64,000 nucleotides of DNA from Eledone cirrhosa (taxonomy: Eukaryota): contig OZ024742.1 in the NCBI GenBank assembly GCA_964016885.1, forward strand, positions 162,998,001 through 163,062,000, in the 5' to 3' direction. The notes under the pieces are model-generated. The model had not been told where the DNA came from, searched no databases, and saw only the letters and a list, made by a program, of their open reading frames with translations. This document shows, one piece after another, positions 54,801 through 64,000 of this stretch. The translations under genes and the position numbers were made by a program. The stretch's first letter is position 1, and each line of letters begins with the position of its first letter.

Positions 54801-57800
54801 GCTGATTTTTTTACAAATTATCTCCCCCTGATTTTTTTTACAAATTATCTCCGCCTGATTTTTTTAAATATTATCTTCCCTTGGCTGGCGGGAAATTATC
54901 TCCCCTTGGACGGCTGAAAATTATCTCCCCTTGGACGGCTGGAAATTATCTCCCCTTGATTTTTTTTACAAATTATCTCCCCCTGATTTTTTTTACAAAT
55001 TATCTCCCCCTGATTTTTTTTTACAAATTATCTCCCCCTGATTTTTTTTTACAAATTATCTGCCCCTGATTTTTTTTACAAATTATCTCCCCCTGATTTT
55101 TTTACAAATTATCTCCCCTTGGCTGGCTGGAAATTATCTCCCCTTGGAGGCTGGAATTTATCTCCCCTTGGACGGCTAGAAATTACCTCTCCTTGGACGG
55201 CTGGAAAATATTTCTCCTTGGACGGCTGGATATTATCTACCCTTGGACGGGTGGAAATTATCTCCCCTTAGACGGCTGGAAATTATCTCCCCTTGGACGG
55301 CTAGATATTACCTCCCCTTGGACGGCTGGAAATTATCTCCACTTGATTTTTTTACAAATTATCTCCCTCTGATTTTTTTTTTACAAATTATCTCCCCCTG
55401 ATTTTTTTACAAATTATCTCCCCCTGATTTTTTTTACAAATTATCTCCGCCTGATTTTTTTAAATATTATCTTCTCTTGGCTGGCGGGAAATTATCTCCC
55501 CTTGGACGGCTGAAAATTATCTCCCCTTGGGCGGCTGGAAATTATCTCCCCTTGATTTTTTTTACAAATTATCTCCCCCTGATTTTTTTTTACAAATTAT
55601 CTCCCCCTGATTTTTTTTTACAAATTATCTCCCCCTGATTTTTTTTTACAAATTATCTCCCCCTGATTTTTTTTTACAAATTATCTCCCCCTGATTTTTT
55701 TACAAATTATCTCCCCTTAGCTGGCTGGAAATTATCTCCCCTTGGAGGCTGGAATTTATCTCCCCTTGGACGGCTAGAAATTACCTCTCCTTGGACGGCT
55801 GGAAAATATGTCCTTGGACGGCTGGATATTATCTACCCTTGGACGGCTGGAAATTATCTCCCCTTGGACGGCTGGAAATTATCTCCCCTTGGACGGCTAG
55901 ATATTACCTCCCCTTGGACGGCTGGAAATTATCTCCCCTTGATTTTTTTTACAAATTATCTCCCCCTGATTTTTTTTTACAAATTATCTCCCCCTGATTT
56001 TTTTTTACAAATTATCTACCCCTGATTTTTTTTTACAAATTATCTCCCCCTGATTTTTTTTACAAATTATCTCTCCCTGATTTTTTTTTACAAATTATCT
56101 CCCCCTGATTTTTTTTTACAAATTATCTACCCCTGATTTTTTTTTACAAATTATCTCCCCCTGATTTTTTTTACAAATTATTTCCCCCTGATTTTTTTTA
56201 CAAATTATCTCCCCCTGATTTTTTTACAAATTATCTCCCCCCGATTTTTTTTACAAATTATCTCCGCCTAATTTTTTTAAATATTATCTTCCCTTGGCTG
56301 GCGGGAAATTATCTCCCCTTGGACGGCTGAAAATTATCTCCCCTTGGACGGCTGGAAATTATCTCCCCTTGATTTTTTTACAAATTATCTCCCCCTGATT
56401 ATTTTTTACAAATTATCTCCCCCTGATTTTTTTTTACAAATTATCTCCCCCTGATTTTTTTACAAATTATCTCCCCTTGGCTGGCTGGAAATTATCTCCC
56501 CTTGGAGGCTGGAATTTATCTCCCCTTGGACGGTTAGAAATTACCTCTCCTTGGACTGCTGGAAAATATGTCTCCTTGGACGGCTGGAAATTATCTCCCC
56601 TGGGACGGCTGGAAATTATCTCCCCTTGGACGGCTGGAAATTATCTCTCCTCGGACGACTAGAAATTACCTCTCCTTGGACAGCTGAAAATTATCTCCCC
56701 TTGGACGGCTGGAAATTATCTCCCCTTGATTTTTTTTACAAATTATCTCCCCCTGATTTTATTTTACAAATTATCTCCCCCTGATTTTTTTTACAAATTA
56801 TCTGCCCCTGATATTTTTTACAAATTATCTCCCCCTGATTTTTTTACAAATTATCTCCCCTTGGCTGGCTGGAAATTATCTCCCCTTGGAGGCTGGAATT
56901 TATCTCCCCTTGGACGGCTAGAAATTACCTCGCCTTGGACGGCTGGAAAATATGTCTCCTTGGACGGCTGGAAATTATCTCCCCTTGGACGGCTGGAAAT
57001 TATCTCCCCTTGGACGGCTAGATATTACCTCCCCTTGGACGGCTGGAAATTATCTCCCCTTGATTTTTTTTACAAATTATCTCCCCCTGATTTTTTTTTA
57101 CAAATTATCTCCCCCTGATTTTTTTTACAAATTATCTCCCCCTGATTTTTTTACAAATTATCTCCCCCCGATTTTTTTTACAAATTATATCCGCCTAATT
57201 TTTTTAAATATTATCTTCCCTTGGCTGGCGGGAAATTATCTCCCCTTGGACGGCTGAAAATTATCTCCCCTTGGACGGCTGGAAATTATCTCCCCTTGAT
57301 TTTTTTACAAATTATCTCCCCCTGATTATTTTTTACAAATTATCTCCCCCTGATTTTTTTTTACAAATTATCTCCCTCTGATTTTTTTTACAAATTATCT
57401 CCCCTTGGCTGGCTGGAAATTATCTCCCCTTGGAGGCTGGAATTTATCTCCCCTTGGATGGTTAGAAATTACCTCTCCTTGGACTGCTGGAAAATATGTC
57501 TCCTTGGACGGCTGGAAATTATCTCCCCTTGGACGGCTGGAAATTATCTCCCCTTGGACGGCTGGAAATTATCTCTCCTCGGACGACTAGAAATTACCTC
57601 TCCTTGGACAGCTGAAAATTATCTCCCCTTGGACGGCTGGAAATTATCTCCCCTTGATTTTTTTTACAAATTATCTCCCCCTGATTTTTTTTTACAAATT
57701 ATCTCCCCCTGATTTTTTTTTACAAATTATCTCCCCCTGATTTTTTTTACAAATTATCTCCCCCTGATATTTTTTACAAATTATCTCCCCCTGATTTTTT

Positions 57801-60800
57801 TACAAATTATCTCCCCTTGGCTGGCTGGAAATTATCTCCCCTTGGAGGCTGGAATTTATCTCCCCTTGGACGGCTAGAAATTACCTCCCCTTGGACGGCT
57901 GGAAATTATCTCCCCTTGGACGGCTAGATATTACCTCCCCTTGGACGGCTGGAAATTATCTCCCCTTGATTTTTTTTACAATTTATCTCCCCCTGATTTT
58001 TTTTTACAAATTATCTCCCCCTGATTTTTTTTTACGAATTATCTCCCCCCGATTTTTTTTTACAAATTATCTCCGCCTGATTTTTTAAAAAAAATTATCT
58101 CCCCTTGAACGGCTGGAAATTATCTCCCCTTGGACGGCTGGAAATTATCTCCCCTTGGACGGCTAGAAATTACCTCTCCTTGGACGGCTGAAAATTATCT
58201 CCCCTTGGACGGCTGCAAATTATCTCCCCTTGATTTTTTAACAAATTATCTCCCCCTGATTTTTTTTTACAAATTATCTCCCCCTGATTTTTTTTTAAAA
58301 ATTATCTCCCCCTGATTTTTTTACAAATTATCTCCCCCTGATTTTTTTTACAATCTCCGCCTGATTTTTTTAAAAATTATCTTCCCTTGGCTGGCGGGAA
58401 ATTATCTCCCCTTGGACGGCTGGAAATTATATCCCCTTGGAAGGATGGAAATTATCTCCCCTTGGACGGCTGGAAATTATCTCCCCTTGGACGGCTGGAA
58501 ATTATCTCCCCTTGGACAGCTGGAAATTATCTGCCCTTGATTTTGTTTTTACAAATTATCTCCCCCTGATTTTTTTTACAAATTATCTCCACCTGATTTT
58601 TTCAAAAATTATCTCCCCTTGGACGGCTGGAAATTATCTCCCCTTGATTTTTTTACAAATTATCTCCCCCTGATTTTTTTTACAAATTATCTCCCCCTGA
58701 TTTTTTTTTTACAAATTATCTCCCCCTGATTTTTTTACAAATTATCTCCCCCTGATTTTTTTTACAAATTATCTCCGCCTGATTTTTTTAAATATTATCT
58801 TCCCTTGGCTGGCGGGAAATTATCTCCCCTTGGACGGCTGAAAATTATCTCCCCTTGGACGGCTGGAAATTATCTCCCCTTGATTTTTTTTACAAATTAT
58901 CTCCCCCTGATTTTTTTTTACAAATTATCTCCCCCTGATTTTTTTTTACAAATTATCTCCCCCTGATTTTTTTTTACAAATTATCTCACCCTGATTTTTT
59001 TTACAAATTATCTCCCCCTGATTTTTTTACAAATTATCTCCCCTTGGCTGGCTGGAAATTATCTCCCCTTGGAGGCTGGAATTTATCTCCCCTTGGACGG
59101 CTAGAAATTACCTCTCCTTGGACGGCTGGAAAATATGTCTCCTTGGACGGCTGGATATTATCTACCCTTGGACGGCTGGAAATTATCTCCCCTTGGACGG
59201 CTGGAAATTATCTCCCCTTGGACGGCTAGATATTACCTCCCCTTGGACGGCTGGAAATTATCTCCCCTTGATTTTTTTACAAATTATCTCCCCCTGATTT
59301 TTTTACAAATTATCTCCCCCTGATTTTTTTTACAAATTATCTCCGCCTAATTTTTTTAAATATTATCTTCCCTTGGCTGGCGGGAAATTATCTCCCCTTG
59401 GACGGCTGAAAATTATCTCCCCTTGGACGGCTGGAAATTATCTCCCCTTGATTTTTTTTACAAATTATCTCCCCCTGATTTTTTTTTACGAATTATCTCC
59501 CCCTGATTTTTTTTTACAAATTATCTCCGCCTGATTTTTTTTTTAAATTATCTCCCCTTGAACGGCTGGAAATTATCTCCCCTTGGACGGCTGGAAATTA
59601 TCTCCCCTTGGACGGCTAGAAATTACCTCTCCTTGGACGGCTGAAAATTATCTCCCCTTGGACGGCTGCAAATTATCTCCCCTTGATTTTTTTAACAAAT
59701 TATCTCCCCCTGATTTTTTTTTACAAATTATCTCCCCCTGATTTTTTTTTACAAATTATCTACGCCTAATTTTTTTTACAAATTATCTCCCCCTGATTTT
59801 TTTTTACAAATTATCTACCCCTGATTTTTTTTACAAATTATCTCCCCCTGATTTTTTTTACAAATTATCTCCCCCCTGATTTTTTTTACAATCTCCGCCT
59901 GATTTTTTTAAAAATTATCTTCCCTTGGCTGGCAGGAAATTATCTCCCCTTGGACGGCTGGAAATTATATACCCTTGGAAGGATGGAAATTATCTCCCCT
60001 TGGACGGCTGGAAATTATCTCCCCTTGGACGGCTGGAAATTACCTCCCCTTGGACAGCTGGAAATTATCTGCCCTTGATTTTGTTTTTACAAATTATCTC
60101 CCCCTGATTTTTATTACAAATTATCTCCACCTGATTTTTTAAAAAATTATCTCCCCTTGATTTTTTTACAAATTATCTCCCCCTGATTTTTTTTACAAAT
60201 TATCTCCCCCTGATTTTTTTTTTACAAATTATCTCCCCCTGATTTTTTTACAAATTATCTCCCCCTGATTTTTTTTACAAATTATCTCCGCCTGATTTTT
60301 TTAAATATTATCTTCCCTTGGCTGGCGGGAAATTATCTCCCCTTGGACGGCTGAAAATTATCTCCCCTTGGACGGCTGGAAATTATCTCCCCTTGATTTT
60401 TTTTACAAATTATCTCCCCCTGATTTTTTTTTACAAATTATCTCCCCCTGATTTTTTTTTACAAATTATCTCCCCCTGATTTTTTTTTACAAATTATCTG
60501 CCCCTGATTTTTTTTACAAATTATCTCCCCCTGATTTTTTTACAAATTATCTCCCCTTGGCTGGCTGGAAATTATCTCCCCTTGGAGGCTGGAATTTATC
60601 TCCCCTTGGACGGCTAGAAATTACCTCTCCTTGGACGGCTGGAAAATATTTCTCCTTGGACGGCTGGATATTATCTACCCTTGGACGGGTGGAAATTATC
60701 TCCCCTTGGACGGCTGGAAATTATCTCCCCTTGGACGGCTAGATATTACCTCCCCTTGGACGGCTGGAAATTATCTCCCCTTGATTTTTTTTACAAATTA

Positions 60801-61436
60801 TCTCCCCCTGATTTTTTTTACAAATTATCTCCACCTGATTTTTTTACAAATTATCTCCCCCTGATTTTTTTTACAAATTATCTCCCCCTGATTTTTTTTT
60901 TACAAATTATGTCCCCCTGATTTTTTTACAAATTATCTCCCCCTGATTTTTTTTACAAATTATCTCCGCCTGATTTTTTTAAATATTATCTTCCCTTGGC
61001 TGGCGGGAAATTATCTCCCCTTGGACGGCTGGAAATTATCTCCCCTTGATTTTTTTTACAAATTATCTCCCCCTGATTTTTTTTTACAAATTATCTCCCC
61101 CTGATTTTTTTTTACAAATTATCTACCCCTGATTTTTTTTTACAAATTATCTCCCCCTGATTTTTTTTACAAATTATCTCTCCCTGATTTTTTTTTACAA
61201 ATTATCTCCCCCTGATTTTTTTTTACAAATTATCTACCCCTGATTTTTTTTTACAAATTATCTCCCCCTGATTTTTTTTACAAATTATTTTCCCCTGATT
61301 TTTTTTACAAATTATCTCCCCCTGATTTTTTTACAAATTATCTCCCCCCGATTTTTTTTACAAATTATCTCCGCCTAATTTTTTTAAATATTATCTTCCC
61401 TTGGCTGGCGGGAAATTATCTCCCCTTGGACGGCTG
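39838..61436. repeat. Three tandem copies of a ~7,192-bp higher-order repeat (~39838-47029, ~47030-54220, ~54221-61412)
   Basis: Identical ORF-track entries recur at offsets of 7191/7192: 39851/47043/54234, 42094/49285/56477, 44661/51852/59044, 46174/53365/60557. HOR-specific markers GGCTGGCAGG (~45545, ~52736, ~59928) and AAATTATGTCCCC (~46521, ~53712, ~60904) occur once per copy. Confidence 0.95.
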
Positions 61437-64000
61437 AAAATTATCTCCCCTTGGACGGCTGGAAATTATCTCCCCTTGATTTTTTTACAAATTATCTCCC
61501 CCTGATTATTTTTTACAAATTATCTCCCCCTGATTTTTTTTTACAAATTATCTCCCCCTGATTTTTTTACAAATTATCTCCCCTTGGCTGGCTGGAAATT
61601 ATCTCCCCTTGGAGGCTGGAATTTATCTCCCCTTGGACGGTTAGAAATTACCTCTCCTTGGACTGCTGGAAAATATGTCTCCTTGGACGGCTGGAAATTA
61701 TCTCCCCTGGGATGGCTGGAAATTATCTCCCCTTGGACGGCTGGAAATTATCTCTCCTCGGACGACTAGAAATTACCTCTCCTTGGACAGCTGAAAATTA
61801 TCTCCCCTTGGACGGCTGGAAATTATCTCCCCTTGATTTTTTTTACAAATTATCTCCCTCTGATTTTTTTTTACAAATTATCTCCCCCTGATTTTATTTT
61901 ACAAATTATCTCCCCCTGATTTTTTTTACAAATTATCTGCCCCTGATATTTTTTACAAATTATCTCCCCCTGATTTTTTTACAAATTATCTCCCCTTGGC
62001 TGGCTGGAAATTATCTCCCCTTGGAGGCTGGAATTTATCTCCCCTTGGACGGCTAGAAATTACCTCGCCTTGGACGGCTGGAAAATATGTCTCCTTGGAC
62101 GGCTGGAAATTATCTCCCCTTGGACGGCTGGAAATTATCTCCCCTTGGACGGCTAGATATTACCTCCCCTTGGACGGCTGGAAATTATCTCCCCTTGATT
62201 TTTTTACAAATTATCTCCCCCTGATTTTTTTTTACAAATTATCTCCCCCTGATTTTTTTTTACAAATTATCTCCCCCTGATATTTTTTACAAATTATCTC
62301 CCCCTGATTTTTTTACAAATTATCTCCCCTTGGCTGGCTGGAAATTATCTCCCCTTGGAGGCTGGAATTTATCTCCCCTTGGACGGCTAGAAATTACCTC
62401 CCCTTGGACGGCTGGAAATTATCTCCCCTTGGACGGCTAGATATTACCTCCCCTTGGACGGCTGGAAATTATCTCCCCTTGATTTCTTTTACAATTTATC
62501 TCCCCCTGATTTTTTTTTACAAATTATCTCCCCCTGATTTTTTTTTACGAATTATCTCCCCCTGATTTTTTTTTACAAATTATCTCCGCCTGATTTTTTT
62601 TTAAAAATTATCTCCCTTGAACGGCTGGAAATTATCTCCCCTTGGACGGCTGGAAATTATCTCCCCTTGGACGGCTAGAAATTACCTCTCCTTGGACGGC
62701 TGAAAATTATCTCCCCTTGGACGGCTGCAAATTATCTCCCCTTGATTTTTTAACAAATTACCTCCCCCTGATTTTTTTTTACAAATTATCTCCCCCTGAT
62801 TTTTTTTTTAAAATTATCTCCCCCTGATTTTTTTACAAATTATCTCCCCCTGATTTTTTTTACAATCTCCGCCTGATTTTTTTAAAAATTATCTTCCCTT
62901 GGCTGGCGGGAAATTATCTCCCCTTGGACGGCTGGAAATTATATCCCCTTGGAAGGATGGAAATTATCTCCCCTTGGACGGCTGGAAATTATCTCCCCTT
63001 GGACGGCTGGAAATTATCTCCCCTTGGACAGCTGAAAATTATCTGCCCTTGATTTTGTTTTTACAAATTATCTCCCCCTGATTTTTTTTACAAATTATCT
63101 CCACCTGATTTTTTCAAAAATTATCTCCCCTTGGACGGCTGGAAATTATCTCCCCTTGGACGGCTGAAAATTATCTCCCCTTGGACGGCTGGAAATTATC
63201 TCCCCTTGATTTTTTTTACAAATTATCTCCCCCTGATTTTTTTTTACAAATTATCTCCCCCTGATTTTTTTTTACAAATTATCTCCCCCTGATTTTTTTT
63301 TACAAATTATCTCACCCTGATTTTTTTTACAAATTATCTCCCCCTGATTTTTTTACAAATTATCTCCCCTTGGCTGGCTGGAAATTATCTCCCCTTGGAG
63401 GCTGGAATTTATCTCCCCTTGGACGGCTAGAAATTACCTCTCCTTGGACGGCTGGAAAATATGTCTCCTTGGACGGCTGGATATTATCTACCCTTGGACG
63501 GCTGGAAATTATCTCCCCTTGGACGGCTGGAAATTATCTCCCCTTGGACGGCTAGATATTACCTCCCCTTGGACGGCTGGAAATTATCTCCCCTTGATTT
63601 TTTTACAAATTATCTCCCCCTGATTTTTTTACAAATTATCTCCCCCTGATTTTTTTTACAAATTATCTCCGCCTAATTTTTTTAAATATTATCTAACCTT
63701 GGCTGGCGGGAAATTATCTCCCCTTGGACGGCTGAAAATTATCTCCCCTTGGACGGCTGGAAATTATCTCCCCTTGATTTTTTTTACAAATTATCTCCCC
63801 CTGATTTTTTTTTACGAATTATCTCCCCCTGATTTTTTTTTACAAATTATCTCCGCCTGATTTTTTTTTTAAATTATCTCCCCTTGAACGGCTGGAAATT
63901 ATCTCCCCTTGGACGGCTGGAAATTATCTCCCCTTGGACGGCTAGAAATTACCTCTCCTTGGACGGCTGAAAATTATCTCCCCTTGGACGGCTGCAAATT

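Larger units (their letters stand above)
1..64000. repeat. Complex bipartite tandem satellite array: core AAATTATCTCCCC plus linker A (TTGGACGGCTGG, 25-bp monomer) or linker B (CTGA-T7..10-AC, 26-29-bp monomer), in alternating blocks
   Basis: Seen directly on every line, e.g. a B run at ~130-305 and an A run at ~306-515. All monomers are head-to-tail on one strand, and the array runs off both window ends. Confidence 0.98.

Noticed and set aside
984-63649. The many short + strand ORFs (60-163 aa; WKLSPLGRLEIISPWTAGNYLPLDG and FFYKLSPPD motifs)
   Set aside because: The 25-bp A monomer has no stop in any + frame and cycles through all three frames, so overlapping ORFs give the same peptide. T-tract and monomer indels shift frame freely, most starts are TTG from the repeat itself, and no domain is recognisable.
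1-64000. CRISPR array (constant repeat plus spacers)
   Set aside because: The constant part is only 13 bp, the linkers are 12-16 bp and of just two recurring types rather than unique spacers, and there is no leader or cas gene.
1-64000. Telomerase-synthesised telomere, or plasmid iteron/parC array
   Set aside because: Kilobase-scale copying of variant patterns indicates recombinational amplification rather than templated addition. The size and lack of rep/par genes do not fit iterons. A subtelomeric location cannot be excluded.
1-64000. Pure sequencing artefact (concatemer or low-complexity noise)
   Set aside because: Variants are shared in nested, consistent patterns and homopolymer lengths are reproduced between distant copies, which random error would not produce. 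The exact copy numbers still need read support.

Overview
The whole 64 kb window is one uninterrupted, single-orientation complex tandem array (satellite or minisatellite DNA). I see no gene, RNA gene, mobile element or unique sequence. It is built from a 13-bp core, AAATTATCTCCCC, followed by one of two linkers. Monomer A is core+TTGGACGGCTGG (25 bp). Monomer B is core+CTGA(T7-10)AC (26-29 bp). By rough division (64000/~26) that is about 2,400 monomers. A and B monomers alternate in blocks. A small set of variant-tagged block types recurs in a conserved order, and nested duplications of about 0.7, 1, 1.8, 2.1-2.3, 3.5 and 6.1 kb are layered on top. There are also long-range colinear copies at offsets of about 16-18 kb and 21 kb, and three near-identical 7,191-7,192-bp higher-order repeats (HORs) at about 39.8-61.4 kb. 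All listed ORFs are translation artefacts of the repeat. The organism and any function cannot be determined from the sequence; the architecture most resembles eukaryotic heterochromatic, centromeric or subtelomeric satellite. Duplication boundaries were read by eye and from ORF-track offsets and are approximate.
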